NCBI GenBank assembly: GCA_951406725.2
Contig: OX597839.1
Span: forward strand, 28,334,001-28,398,000
DNA from: Octopus vulgaris
Taxonomy: Eukaryota
Direction: 5' to 3'
DNA length: 64,000 bases
A program made the position numbers and the translations under genes. Each line of letters begins with the position of its first letter. Positions within the stretch are counted from its first letter, which is position 1. Below the pieces are notes generated by a model that saw only the letters and a list, made by a program, of their open reading frames with translations, was not told the DNA's origin and did no database searches. Shown here one piece after another: positions 14,601 to 29,604 of this stretch.

Positions 14601-14819
14601 CTCCCCACAAATTCCAGGCCTTGCGCCAATAGTAGAAAAGATTGCTATTAGGGCAAGGAGCTGGCAGATTCGTTAACAGGCCGGGCAAAATGCTTAGAGG
14701 TATTTCGTCTGCCACTACGTTCTGAGTTCGAGTTCTGCGGCGGTCGACTTTGCCTTTCATCCTTCCGGGGATGACATCGCGATCGTAACCACTAAGCCAT
14801 ACGCCTTCATAAGTATATA

Positions 14820-15479
14820 CGGGGGCGAAGTTAAAAATTATCCGCACTTTCGCCATAGCATATCTTTATTATAGTCACACTGCCTCCTGCGCATGCGTGG
14901 TACTATTGTGGTCACGTGATCGAAGTTTGAGCCTGATCATGCCATTTTACTTTCTGGTCCTACAGTGTAAGTATGGCCGCTCCACTCTCAATGTGCACCA
15001 AAGAAGAACAAAGAACAGTGATGCGATTTCTCTGGTCGGAAGGTGTGTCAGGTGCCGAAATTCATCAGAGGATTTTAGCACAATACAGAGACAGCGCACA
15101 ACTACGCAGAAGTCTGTATGAGTGGATCGAGAACTTTAAAAGTGGTCGGACAAGCATGATGCATGAAGAAGGAGCAGGGCACCGGACAACCTCTGCCACT
15201 GATGAGAATATTCAGCAAGCTTGTGAGATGGAACTGGTGAACCGATTCATCATTATCATTTCTTGGATCATTGGTCTTTGTTCTTCTTTGGTGCAAATTG
15301 CTAGTGGAGTGGCCATGCTTACGCTGTAAAACCAGAAAGAAAAAAGGGTGCAATCAGGCGCAAACTGCAATCATGTGACCACAATAGTACCAGCTATAAG
15401 CACGCATGCGCAGAAGGCAGTATGACAATAATAAAGATATGTTATGGCGAAAGTGCGGGTAAGTTTTGACTTACCCTCG
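14820..15479 (+). mobile_element. Non-autonomous mariner derivative with about 200-bp terminal inverted repeats
   Basis: TA on both sides. ORF 14973 MAAPLSMCTKEEQRTVMRFLWSEGVSGAEIHQR...YEWIENFKSGRTS is a mariner HTH N-terminus. The right end is an inverted, diverged copy of the left end, including the first codons. Confidence 0.85.
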
Positions 15480-16589
15480 TACATTCACGTGTGCATATAA
15501 CTTGCACTCCATCTGTTTTAACGGCGAGCATTCCGGTTGATCCGATCGGTGGAACAGCCTGCTCGTGAAATTAATGTGCAAGTGGCTGAGCACTCCACAG
15601 ACGTGTATACCCCAGACGTAGTTCTGGGGGAGATTCAGCGTGACACAGAATGCGACAATGCTGGGCCCCTTTGAAATACAGGTACAGCTCACTTTTGCCA
15701 CCTGAGTGAACTGGAGCAATGTGAAATAAAGTGTCTCGATCAAGGGCCACAGCGCATCGTAGAGAATCGAACTCATGACTTCACGATCGCCAGCCGAAAA
15801 TCCTAACCATTAAGCCACGCCCCTTAACCACACACACACGCACACGCACGCACACACACACATACACACGCACGCACGCACGCACGCATGTAGTTACATA
15901 GGTAGATAGGTACAGGTGTGGTTATGTGGTAAGAAGCTTGCTTCCCAACCACATGGTTCCGGGTTCAGTCCCACTGCGTGACACCTTGGGCAAGTGTCAT
16001 CTACCATAGCCGCGAGTCGACCAAAGCCTTGTGAGTGGATTTGGTAGACGGAAACTGAAAGAAGCCCATCGTGTATATATATATATATATGTGTGTGTGT
16101 ATGTATATATACATATATTATGTGCATACATGAGTGTGTTCCTCCAACACTGCTTGACAACTGGTGTTGGTGTGTTTACATCCCTGCAACTTAGCTGTTC
16201 GGCAAATCAGACCGATAGAATAAGTACAGGGCCTAAGAAAATAAGTTCTGGGAGGGGGGGTCAATTTGCTTCACTAAAAGCCTTCAAGGTAATGCTCCAG
16301 CATGGCCGCAATCAAATGACAAATAATTTATAAACCGTCTGTTTCATTTATCTATCAATATTTCTACTTAACTGTCTGTATCTCGATCGATACGTATCAA
16401 TAATCGATATTACAACACGAGGTCAACAAGGACTACATACAATCGTTCATGTTCACATTTCTGATCTGCAACAACAACAGCAAACAAGCAAGCAAGGGAT
16501 CTTGGCCCCTTATATGCCCTAAATAGAAGATATGTCTCACCTCGATATCACGGATAGCCCGAAGCTAAACCACAAACAAACCACATTGT

Positions 16590-16634
<45 letters not shown>

Positions 16635-16872
16635 CAAGGTATGAACTCACTGACATTGTTATACACACACACGGAACTTTTGTACGTAATACGGTTCGAT
16701 TGCCCTGCTAGAAATACCAGTTAACTCTACAGCGAAATCACAGTGCTGTCGTGTGTTAAAATGAAATGTGGAAGGATGCATTAATTATAGACGATGGATG
16801 GATGGATGGATGGACGGACAGACAGATAGATAGATAGAAAAATAGATAGATAGATACTATCTATCATTCTAT

Positions 16873-16920
<48 letters not shown>

Positions 16921-17100
16921 TAGATAGATAGATGATAGATAGATAGACAGATAGATAGATGGATGGATAGAGAGAGAGATGGAAAGACATATATATAGAA
17001 AGAGATGTAATGCGATCAGAGTTACAACAAAAGGAAGCCGCAATTTTAAATACACACACACATATGTACACACACTTTTATGTAAGGTTTTCCGTGTCGG

Positions 17101-17183
<83 letters not shown>

Positions 17184-17503
17184 CAGACAGACAGACAGAC
17201 AAAGAGAGAAAAACATCAGCAAAAAAAAAAAAACAGACATTCAGACAGACAATGAGAGAAAGCCATGGGAGATTTTCGTAAATACTTGCGCAGTAGCAAC
17301 AGCGCTTTACCTCACCAGCAACACTACCGCCACCCTCAGTGACAACATTATCAACAACAACAACCGCCACCGCCACCACCAGAACAACTACATCACTATT
17401 ACTACTACTACTACTACCACCACCACCACTAATGATAATAACAACAGCCCATACTACAGGATCAGTGTTAGCAGCAGCGAACTCAGGTAGGACGGGTTTA
17501 CGT

Positions 17504-17629
17504 ATGGAGGCCATGATGGAGAGAGGCCACCACCAAATGAGAAAGGATTCGGCCAGTTCGGTCACTACGAGTATTTCGGCCACACGACGGCGCCGGGCTC
17601 GCCGGACGTTCAGTTCACCACACGATAAG
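17504..17629 (+). CDS. Candidate first coding exon of the septin gene
   Basis: Unique, GC-richer island encoding MEAMMERGHHQMRKDSASSVTTSISATRRRRARRTFSSPHDK, with an in-frame upstream ATG at 17432. It ends at donor AAG|gtagga in phase 0, compatible with the exon at 56188. The link to that exon is inferred. Confidence 0.5.
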
Positions 17630-17941
17630 GTAGGACAACGGTTTTGTAACTACCACCCCTCTCTCTCTCTCTCTTTAGAAGTAGTATATTTCGAAGAATA
17701 TCTATATCTATCCTATATATATATATATATATAGGATAGATATATATATATATATATGTGTGTGTATGTATATGTATATATATATATGTATATACGCATA
17801 CTCTTTCATGCACACAGATATAGCGATAGATAGATACATACATACATACATACATACATACATACATACATAGAGCGATAGATAGATAGATAGATAGATA
17901 CATACATACATACATACATACATACATACATACATACACAC

Positions 17942-18012
<71 letters not shown>

Positions 18013-18290
18013 TGGTGATGCAAGCAGGAAAAACAGAACTCAGAATATGAGTCTATGTATATATTTTTTTATTGATATTTAGCAGAAAGAACAGAGTGAC
18101 TCAAGGGCTGAGAGTTTCGTTCGGTAGCACTTAGTATATACAAACCTATACACACACCTACAAAACCTACATACTCAAATATACGCATATTTTTGACAGA
18201 TTGTCGCTTTGCAAGGTCTTGCTGAGAGAGCAAAATACCTATGAGTGAATGGTCTCTCTTTCTCTCTCTCTATCTCTTTTTCTCTCTCTA

Positions 18291-18325
<35 letters not shown>

Positions 18326-18334
18326 CTTTCTCTC

Positions 18335-18371
<37 letters not shown>

Positions 18372-18466
18372 GTGCGTGTGTGAAAATATGTTAAAATATT
18401 CACGTTGTATAGCATACGTATGTATGTATAGTTAGACAGATGGAGCGACAGAGATAGGTAGATATG

Positions 18467-18511
<45 letters not shown>

Positions 18512-18914
18512 GCAATGGCCCAGTGGTTAGGGCAGCGGAATTGCGGTCGTAGGATCGCGGTTTCGATTCCCAGATCGGACGTTGTGAGTGCTTATTGAGC
18601 GAAAACACCTAAGGCCCCACGAGGCTCCGGCACGGGGTGGTGGCAAACCCTGCTGTACTCTTTCGCCGCAAATTTCTCTCGCTCTTTCTTCTGTTGGGCC
18701 TGCTCGCTTAGCCAGCGGGGTGGCGTCATTTGAAAGGCTAAAACAATGCGAAGCGCATTGTGACCAGCGATGTGTAACAACATCTGATAGCCTGGTCGGT
18801 CACGGTGATATATATATATATATATATATATGAATAGATACTAAGAAACATGAGAATTCTACATCTATATACGCGCCCGCATATAAACACACACACACAC
18901 ACATACATACAATG

Positions 18915-18961
<47 letters not shown>

Positions 18962-19571
18962 GAATGATCAGATAGATTATCATTTAAATACGTAAGTACA
19001 TTTGAGCATTAAAGGAAGAGAACATCACTGCCCCCCACCCCGCGCCCCAAATGCTTTTTTTTGTTGTTCATTTTTTATTCCCCCTCCCCCCCGCCATCAC
19101 CCTACTCCGAACCCCGCAGCTGAATCAGGGCCGCCACAAATAATGTTAAAAATCTGGTTTTCTTTGTTGTTTTTTTTTTGGGAGTCTTTCTTTCTCAATT
19201 GTTGCTCCAGATATAAATAAATAATTTGTTTATATTACTTGCTGCCATTTAGCGTCAAATAAATGAAATTGAACGCAACAAAAAAATAAAAATAGGTTAT
19301 ATTCGGTGTAGTTAAGAGGAGAGGGGTATGGCCTGGGGGAGGGGGTTATTCCCCCCCCCCCCCAAAAGCCCCTTTTTTAAAATTTATTATTTCCTATTCA
19401 GCAATTATTGTGTCAGTCAGTGAGACAATGGCAGTGGGAGGAGAGTCGAGGTTGAGCGGTGGCGGAGTACCTCAATCCTTTCGTTGTGGCTTGAGTGTGC
19501 TTAGAGGGGCCATCAGCTGGTCCTTAATCTGTCCCTGCTGTCATCAATGGAGCGAACGAATGCACGCACAC

Positions 19572-19611
<40 letters not shown>

Positions 19612-19796
19612 TACATGCACACACATCATATACACACAGCATTCATAGAATAATGTGCATTCGTATACGTACGTGCAAACGTGGATTAAATACATACACA
19701 TGCACAGATATATACAAGCATATATAAACATGGACAGACGGACAGACAGACAAACAGATAGATAGAAGGATAGATAGGAATGATAGATAGATAGAA

Positions 19797-19841
<45 letters not shown>

Positions 19842-19874
19842 GGCAGGCAGGCAGGCAGGCAGGCAGATAGAGAG

Positions 19875-19905
<31 letters not shown>

Positions 19906-19953
19906 GATAGACAGATAGATAGATAGATAGATAGATACTATCTATCTATCTAT

Positions 19954-20013
<60 letters not shown>

Positions 20014-20333
20014 TAGATATGTAGACGTTCGTATTTTTATTGCGTGTATATGTGCATTTATGCATGCATGTGTATTATATAGATGCAGACTACTATTATG
20101 TGCACACACACACACACATATATATATGTGTGCTTTTATTTGTTTCAGTCATTTGACTGCGGCCATGCTGGAGCACCGCCTTTGGCCGAACAAATCGACC
20201 CCAGGACTTATTCGTTGTAAGCCTAGTACTTATTCTATCGGTCTCTTTTGCCGAACCGCTAAGTGACGGGGACAGAAACACACCAGCATCGGTTGTCAAG
20301 CGACGGTGATGGGGGATACAAACAGACGCACAA

Positions 20334-20379
<46 letters not shown>

Positions 20380-20583
20380 GACGGGCTTCTTTCAGTTTCC
20401 GTCTACCAAATCTATTTACAAGGCTTTGGTCGGCCCGAGGTTTTTGTAGAAGATACTAGTCGAAGGTGCCACGCAGTGGGACTGAACCCGGAACCGTGTG
20501 GTTGTGAAGCAAGCTTCTTACCACACTGCCAATCCTGCGCCTATATATAAAACTTACCTAAATAAACTTGCCCTTATTTTTGA

Positions 20584-20651
20584 AGCTCCGATGATACGCA
20601 AACACTCAGCTATGAGTGAAGTTTATCTTTTGGTTGAAACAGATGTAAGCT
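20584..20651 (+). ncRNA. Type I hammerhead, U4C core variant
   Basis: AGCT-CCGATGA-T-AC...GT-T-GAAAC-AGAT-GTA-AGCT. The stem II region is weak and contains an internal CACTCA/TGAGTG hairpin. Confidence 0.55.
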
Positions 20652-21244
20652 AATGCAGTTCATGACGTCACTGTTTATTCCTTTTTTCATTCTAATCTCA
20701 TATTACACTCTGTACTCGACTGACACTTTGATGTGAAGCCTTTGTATACTGAGTTCTAATACCAAGTTATTAATATCCCAATGTCGAAATGATTGACTGT
20801 ACTAAGTTGCTCTCAAAAGATAAGTATGCTGGTTGAGTATACCTCAGAGTTCTACTTTTGATATAGACTCTTGAGCAGAATTAATGTGACACAGCGTGGC
20901 AGTCGGAAATACAAACTTCCAACCAGTCCCGGTCACAGAATCTCCACACAGTTTTCCTTTTTTCTGGGGTTGATGGGGATCGAACCAGGAAGAATTCACG
21001 ATTGAGAAACGAACTTGTTAACCACTCGGCCAAGCCTGCCTCATTACGTATTCATAATCTGATGTCTACAAAAACACATGTGCAGAAACACATGTTTAAT
21101 TTATCAGCTTTTAGGTACATACTGCACACACACACACACACACACACACTTTTGTGGGGGGGGGGCATTAGTTAAACAGATAAATGAATACATGTGTGTA
21201 TAAATGTATGCGCACATAAATGCGTATGTATGTATGTATGCGTG

Positions 21245-22602
21245 AGTATATATATATAAGTATGTGTGTGTATGTGTGTGTATATATATATATATATATG
21301 TATATGTATGTGTGTGTATATATATATAAGTATGTATATGTATGTGTGTGTATATATATATATAAGTATGTATGTGTGTGTATATATATATAAGTATGTA
21401 TATGTATGTGTGTGTATATATATATAAGTATGTATATGTATGTGTGTGTATATATATATATAAGTATGTATATGTATGTGTGTGTGTATATATATATAAG
21501 TATGTATATGTATGTGTGTGTATATATATATAAGTATGTATATGTATGTGTGTGTGTATATATAAGTATGTATATTTATGTGTGTGTATATATATATATA
21601 AGTATGTATATGTATGTGTGTGTGTATATATATAAGTATGTATATGTATGTGTGTATATATATATATATAAGTATGTATATGTATGTGTGTATATATATA
21701 TAAGTATGTATATGTATGTGTGTATATATATATATAAGTATGTATATGTATGTGTGTATATATATATATAAGTATGTATATGTATGTGTATATATATATA
21801 TAAGTATGTATATGTATGTGTGTGTGTATATATATATAAGTATGTATATGTATGTGTGTATATATATATATAAGTATGTATATGTATGTGTGTGTGTGTA
21901 TATATAAGTATGTATATGTATGTGTGTATATATATATATAAGTATGTATATGTATGTGTGTATATATATATGTATATGTATGTGTATATATATATATATA
22001 AGTATGTATATGTATGTGTGTATATATATAAGTATGTATATGTATGTGTGTGTGTATATATATAAGTATGTATATGTATGTGTGTGTATATATATATATA
22101 AGTATGTATATGTATGTGTGTGTATATATATATAAGTATGTATATGTATGTGTGTGTATATATATATAAGTATGTATATGTATGTGTGTATATATATATA
22201 TAAGTATGTATATGTATGTGTGTATATATATAAGTATGTATATGTATGTGTGTGTATATATATAAGTATGTATATGTATGTGTGTGTGTATATATATATA
22301 AGTATGTATATGTATGTGTGTGTATATATATATAAGTATGTATATGTATGTGTGTGTATATATATATAAGTATGTATATGTATGTGTGTATATATATATA
22401 TAAGTATGTATATGTATGTGTGTATATATATAAGTATGTATATGTATGTGTGTGTGTATATATATAAGTATGTATATGTATGTGTGTGTATATATATATA
22501 TAAGTATGTATATGTATGTGTGTGTGTATATATATATAAGTATGTATATGTATGTGTGTGTATATATATATATAAGTATGTATATGTATGTGTGTGTGTA
22601 TA
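21245..22602. repeat. Compound minisatellite, unit of about 30 bp (TA)n-AGTATGTATATGTATG-(TG)n
   Basis: About 40 tandem units with an invariant core and variable dinucleotide linkers. Confidence 0.9.
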
Positions 22603-22689
22603 TGTTGCTGTTTCTTAATGTTCTACGTTATTATCTTGTCGTTCGTGCATGCAATGTTGCCGTCTTTTGCCGCCTCTGTGTGTGTGTGT

Positions 22690-23040
22690 GTGTATGCACG
22701 ATTGTGTGTGTGGGTGTGTATGCACGATGTGTGTGTGGGTGTGTATGCACGATGTGTGTGTGTGTGTGTGTATGCACGATGTGTGTGTGTGTGTGTATGC
22801 ACGATGTGTGTGTGGGTGTGTATGCACGATGTGTGTGTGTGTGTGTATGCACGATGTGTGTGTGGGTGTGTATGCACGATGTGTGTGTATGTGTGTATGC
22901 ACGATGTGTGTGTGTCTGTATGCACGATGTATGTATACATGATGTGTGTGTGAGTGTGCACGATGTATGTGAGTGTGTATGCACGATGCGTGTGTGAGTA
23001 TACATGATGCGTTTGTGTATGTATGCACGATGTGTGTGTG
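22690..23040. repeat. Minisatellite GTATGCACGA-(TG)n
   Basis: Tandem units visible directly. Confidence 0.85.
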
Positions 23041-23180
23041 TGTGTGTGTGTTGTGTGGCCTCTGATGGTATGTGTTCGAGTTTCCTGCTTGTAACATCTG
23101 CGTGTGTGGATATATATAAAAACATGCACACACATAGGTACATACGTTGATAAACGTCTTAATGTGAGTGAGTGAACGAA

Positions 23181-23214
<34 letters not shown>

Positions 23215-23264
23215 TATAAAGTAATTGCACCTGTGTGTGTGTGTATGTGTGTGTGTATATGTGT

Positions 23265-23318
<54 letters not shown>

Positions 23319-23677
23319 ACGTACTTGGCGAGAGTATATTGTGAGTAGGAGTCCGAGTAGGAGTCCGATCGTTGTGTATGTATCATTAATTGGTCTGTGT
23401 GTGTGTGTGTATATATATATGTGTGTGTGTGTGGAGAGAGAGAGAGAGATAAGTTAGTACACTACGAGTGTGTGAGTGTGTATGTGTGTGTGGGGGTGGT
23501 GCGTGCATGAATCTGTACTCTACCATTATGTGTGTGTGTGTGATCGAATCGTAGATATACCGACCTGTTTAGCATTTCGATTATTTATATGCAAGAGGAG
23601 CTGGTTCTAACAGCATAATGCCTGTAGTAGCAGTAGTAGTAGTAGTAGTAGTGGTGGTGGTGGTGGTGGTGGTGGTG

Positions 23678-23735
<58 letters not shown>

Positions 23736-24188
23736 TAGTAGTATTTTCTTTATTTAGATTTTCTTCAGTTTATGTAGATTAGATTCAGAAATTTGTTGAA
23801 AATCTCACTCCTAACAAAAGCATTCGTAATAGACGAGTCTATACGATATATATATATATAACAAAGTAGGAAGACAAGTCCAGGTAGATATCAATTTAGT
23901 CAGTCTCAAATTTGGTTCTGGCCACACATGGTACTAATTCCAGTCAAAATACTTTATATAGTAGGTCCCGAGAACATGTAAGAAGGTAGACAATGGAAAC
24001 AGATACAACAATCCTTTATTTATTTATCCATATAAATAAATAAAGGATTGTTATATCTGTTTTCCACTGTCTACCTTACACACACACACACACACAAATT
24101 TATATTATTATTATTATTATTATTACGTTTATATATTTGTTGTGCAAGATTTATTGGCTAAACTGGTAAAATTATCATTTCGAAATAC

Positions 24189-24227
<39 letters not shown>

Positions 24228-26289
24228 GTGTGTGTATCCACACGCACACTCATACACACTGTTAGCAGGTATTTGCAGTAGTGCTGACTGAGGATGCAGC
24301 TCGGATCTATTAATCCTGAATCAGCGTTCCAGCAAATCCCGGCTAACAGAGCGAATCCTCAGTAAATACTCTACTTCGAAGAAGAAGAAAACTACCCATA
24401 CACACTGAAAATGCAGATCTATTAAATTGATAGCAGACTATATGCAATAGGTTGCATAATATTACAAGATCGTTGAGGGCGACCAGCGGTCAGAATCGCT
24501 AGCGCAACAAACAAAATCCTTTGCGCTTTTTCGTCCGTCTTTACGTTCTGCGTTTAAATTCCGCCGAGGTCGGCATCTTGTTTGAACGTTCTCATCATGG
24601 ACGGCGGACCTTGCAACCTGGAGAGGGTCCAGATTCCTGTTTGGTTTCGAAACTGGCACGAGTCGGCTTTTGACGTATGTGTATCTTGGTGTGTATGTAT
24701 GTATGCATGTGTGTGTGTGTGTGTGTGTGTGCGCGTGAGTGTCTGTATGCGTACGCGTATTTTGTGTGTTTGCAAGGTCTGTCTGTGTACCTCTGTATGA
24801 ACATGTATCTGAGTATGTGTGTGTGTGTTTGATTGTATGTATGTATGTATATCCATATTTATATATGTACAAACGCATATGTATGGATATCTGTATGTAT
24901 GTATGTATGTATGTATGTATGTATGTATGTCTGTATGTATGTCTGTATGTACGTGTGTATGTATGTACGTGTGTATGTATGTACGTGTGTATGTATGTAC
25001 GTATGTACGTATGTGTGTATGTATGTATGTATGTATGATGTATGTATGTATGATGTATGTACGTATGTATGTATGCATGTATGTGTGTGTGTGTGTGTGT
25101 GTATGTGTACGAGTATTTCTGTGTGCGTTTGCAACGTGTGTGTGTGTGTAACAATTGGAGACAATTTTCGTCAGCAGAATCGGTGGAACAGTGGCCTGGA
25201 AGCCTTGCAGTTTTTTTCCCCCTTACGTTCCTTGAACATTCCGAGTTCAAATCACACTGCGGTCAACTTTCTCTGCTCCTTCAGAGAGGGCCGCAATAGA
25301 ACAAAGTACCAGTCATACACTGGAGCCGATACAATCATCTGCTTCCTTTCCCCCTAAATTTGTATCTCCTTGTTCCAACGTAAGGAGCAACCGTCAAGAA
25401 TTTCTGGCTTATGGGGGATCATGTCAAACAGTGGTTGAATGTAGGCCGGACGTGACCATCTCGAAGATGGCCTTGTGCTTAAATCAGAACATCAGTAATG
25501 ATGGAGATGGTAGTAGTAGACGGTGGAATAGTGGCGGTGGTGGTAGTTGTACCATTTGTTGTAGTAGTAGTGGTGGTGGTGGTGGTGGTGGTGGTGGTGG
25601 TGATGGTAGTAGAAGTAGTAGTAGTAGTGGTGGTGGTGGTGGTGGTGGTGGTGATAGTTGTAATATAATTGTAGAAGTGGTGATGGTGGTGGTTGTAATT
25701 ATATGTTGTGGTAGTGGTGGTAGTGGTGGATTCTCATCACAACAGGTTTTTTTTTGACAAGGAGTACAAGTTATGTTTGTCCGTTTGTCGGGTGGCAGTG
25801 GGGTGTTCAGGCGGGGTGGGAGGGGTGCGTGGGAATTCACTCACCTCAATCTTTTGATGGTTTTTGTAATGGTTTTTTGTATAGCTTTGTGTTTGCTTGT
25901 TTGTTGTCTTTTTTTGCTATAGCAGTTTGTGTGTGTGTGTGCGCGTGTATGTATGTATTTTTGAGTATGTGTTTGTATATGCATGCATAACTATATTTCT
26001 ATATGCGTGTATGCACGTTTCTATATATGTATATATATATATATATGCTGATGTGTGTGTGGATCTGATTATGTAAGAGTGTGTGTTTATATGCATGATT
26101 GATTGTGTGTGTGTTGGTTGTGTATGTTTGTGTTTGGATATGTGTTTGTATGTATCTGATTACGTCTGTGATTGATTGATGTTGTGTGTGTATGTGTATG
26201 TGAATATGTATGTGTCGGTCTACACGTCTGGGTATATATATGTGTATACGTGTACACTTATATAAATCTATATGTATATAAGCGTGCAC

Positions 26290-26329
<40 letters not shown>

Positions 26330-28620
26330 ACATATGTGTGTTTGTACATATGAGAGGTGGTGAGTGGGTGGGTGGGGATGTTGAACCAAAGTAAAGTGTA
26401 GTGACGCCCGTAATCCCTGTTGTATTAATGCTAAATAACTAAACTAAACAGCGCCGTGTCAATAGTAAAACCAGAGTCGGGGGCTGGACGTGTAAACAGC
26501 CATTGAACGAGGCACAACTATGGCTTGGCCGGCCAGATCTGTCTAAATAATTAAACAGTGTCGTGTCAATAGTAAAGGCCGAGTTAAGAGCCGAGCGTGT
26601 AAACAGCATTGAATGAGGCCAGATCTATCTTGAAATCAATAACATTGCTTACCTTACGGTGTCGGCCTTGGCTACTCCCACCTCTTTCATGGTTTACACA
26701 TAACCAAACACACATACTCGCCTATTATTATATACACGCAAAAATTATTGCACGTGCTCAAGTATACACATATGCATTATTATTTCTATTATTAAGTGAG
26801 GAAGCAGCGCATACCATCAAAGTGACACCAGGGTACAAATATGCGGACCCCAATAAACCCATCTTGACTGCTCGTCTGATAACGGTACACCAGGCGCATG
26901 CATCACAACCATATGTGCGCAAGATGGTGATCTCATATCAAGATACCTTGCAGGTGGGGCCCAGTTTGAATTTTCTTCGGGTCGAGTAGCCCATCCCAGT
27001 CAAAAGGTCCCTGAATAAGGTTTAAGGATGATAAAACCAGGTTTCCAGGGTTGAATTATCCAAACCCACAGAATTCTTCTCGACACGTGACTATGATGCT
27101 CCCCCACTGCTTCGACTCTTTACATTCCAAGTTCAAATGCTGCCGAGGTCGACTTTGTCGTTCATCCTTTCGAAGTCGATAAGTACCAGTTGCACACTAG
27201 GGTCGATTTTAGGCCAAAATTTTAAGCCTTCTGACTATTAGCATTTTCTTTTCTACTCTAGGCACAAGGCCCGAAATTTTTGGGGAGGGGGCCAGTCGAT
27301 TACATCGACCCCAGTACGAAACTGGTACTTAATTTATCGACCCCCGAAGGATGTAAGATAAAGTCGACCTCGGCGGAATTTGAACGCAGAACGTAGCGGC
27401 AGACGAAATACCGCTAAGCATTTCGACCGGCGTGCTAATGTTTCTTATTTCTTTATTGCCCACAAGGGACTAAACACAGAGGGGACTAACAAGGACAGAC
27501 AAAGAGATTAAGTCGATTAAATCGACCCCAGTGCGTAACTGGTACTTAATTTATCGACCCCCGCCTTGACTATTAGAATGTTATTACTGTAATTGTGGTG
27601 AGCTGGCAGAATCGTTAAAGCGCTGGGGAAAATGCTTCGCAGCGTTACTTCGGAGTTCATATCTAACCGTGGTCAACTTTGCCTTTCATCATTTCGGGGT
27701 CAATGAACTCGACTAACCCCCTTCCCTAAAAATTGCTGGACTTGTTGCGTTTCATTCTTTTGAAAGTTTATATGAGACTGAGAGAAACGCGATTAGTTTT
27801 TGTCGAAGAAACAAACGTATTCTACTCTACTTTATGGATTGAGTACTTCGCCTTAAATTCTAATTCCTCAAGACTTTTTAAACGGGTATATGCAACCGTG
27901 TGTGTGTGTGTGGCTTTGCCAAATTAAAATGTATCGTTTTGATGGGAGAAGAGTTTGAAGGGTTTGGGGATGTGTTAAGAAAGGTCAAAGGCTAGACGTA
28001 CCCGGAGATATAAACGATGACTGCTTCGCATGAAATTGAGTCATGCCAGCTTCATATTCAATTACTCACACGCAAACAGAAGATATGAGGGCCTTTGTTT
28101 CAGGATGGAAATATACACATAACACCCACACTCCACACAAATGCAAGGGATAGGTAATTGGATGGGGTATTAAAGTTAGGGAACACACACAAGTATTACA
28201 CGTATGCAAACATGTCTTCGATTGTTTGCAGGGCTTCCGTGAAATTTTAGCAACATAAACATTCAAGATAAACAATATATACACACATATATACACTTTC
28301 TTATATGATGTATACATTTATTCTTGCAATATATATATATATGTATATACAAACTTGCCTAAGTTGAGTACATTTAGACACGTAACCCGTAGTATAATGT
28401 GTGTGTATACATCTCACGCACGCGTTTATACACATACACACGCACATGTACATACACGTACGTGTATACACTCCCACATACACGTCTACGCATATATACA
28501 CACCTACATGGACATATACATACCTAGGCATATATATATATATATATATATACATACAGACACATTATACATGGGCATATAATACATATACATACACGAT
28601 TATACATGGGTGTGTATGTA

Positions 28621-28664
<44 letters not shown>

Positions 28665-28696
28665 TATATACACACACACACTATTACACATGGGCG

Positions 28697-28728
<32 letters not shown>

Positions 28729-29434
28729 AACGCGCGTGTACACGTCTGCGCACCTCTGTCTCCCCCTGCACCCACCCGCCCGCCTACCCGACACAAAGAG
28801 ACAATGTTTACTAAAACGTGGAGATCCTTAGGTGTCTGGCGAGGTTTGCACTGCACCCATTTCTAAACATTTGGTCCTTGCTCTCACCGTTGCTACTGGT
28901 GGTGGCGGCAGCGGCGATGCCGTTGTTTTCGTTGTTAGCAAATCTCGGTGACGTATAAATATTTATGTCTGCCTCACCAGATTATATCATCGTTCTCTGG
29001 CACTCAAGACTCGGCGGTCATTTTTCGAGATTCAGATCCCTTCCACCTCTTCGTGTTCTGCCACCACCATCAGTAGCACCGTCATTATCAGCGCCGGTGC
29101 CAACAAACTGCTGCAACAATCTAAATTTGTGGCCCTGAACGAGGGCCCATATGGCTCTTGCGACGGGGCCCATTTAAGATTTTGTTAAAATTCATCTGCA
29201 ATAAATTGTTTATACTCCTATTGTACAATACTCTTTTTTTTTTACTCTTTTTACTTGTTTCAGTCATTTGACTGCGGCCATGCTGGAGTACCGCCTTTTA
29301 GTCGATCAAATCGACCCCGGGACTTATTCTTTGTAAGCCCAGTACTTATTCTATCGGTCTCTTTTGCCGAACCGCTAAGTGACGGGGACGTAAACACACC
29401 AGCAATACCCAAATTTTTTTTATTTTTTAACATA

Positions 29435-29604
29435 CTGTATTTTAACGTGTATAAAGGACCCCTTTTTTTTGTCCAAAATTAGGTTTAAAAAATATGGGAG
29501 TTTCTTATACATGTATAGTATTACAATCCCTTACAAAATCATTTTTCCAAATTTCAAGCCCTCCCCAAAAAATTGAGGGGTTCCTTATACACGTTGAAAT
29601 ACAG
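29435..29604. mobile_element. Tc1/pogo-type MITE
   Basis: TA-flanked TIRs ctgtattttaacgtgtataa / ttatacacgttgaaatacag. Confidence 0.7.

Noticed and set aside
15198-15206. CTGATGAG hammerhead-like core
   Set aside because: It lies in mariner coding sequence (ATDEN), with no stem II, GAAA or stem I partner.
21245-22602. CRISPR-like regular repeat
   Set aside because: The linkers are dinucleotide runs rather than unique spacers, the context is eukaryotic, and there are no cas genes.
24597-24674. Short ORF MDGGPCNLERVQIPVWFRNWHESAFD with a phase-0 gtatgt donor
   Set aside because: The donor is the start of a GT/AT microsatellite, the ORF abuts a SINE fragment, and no homology is recognised.
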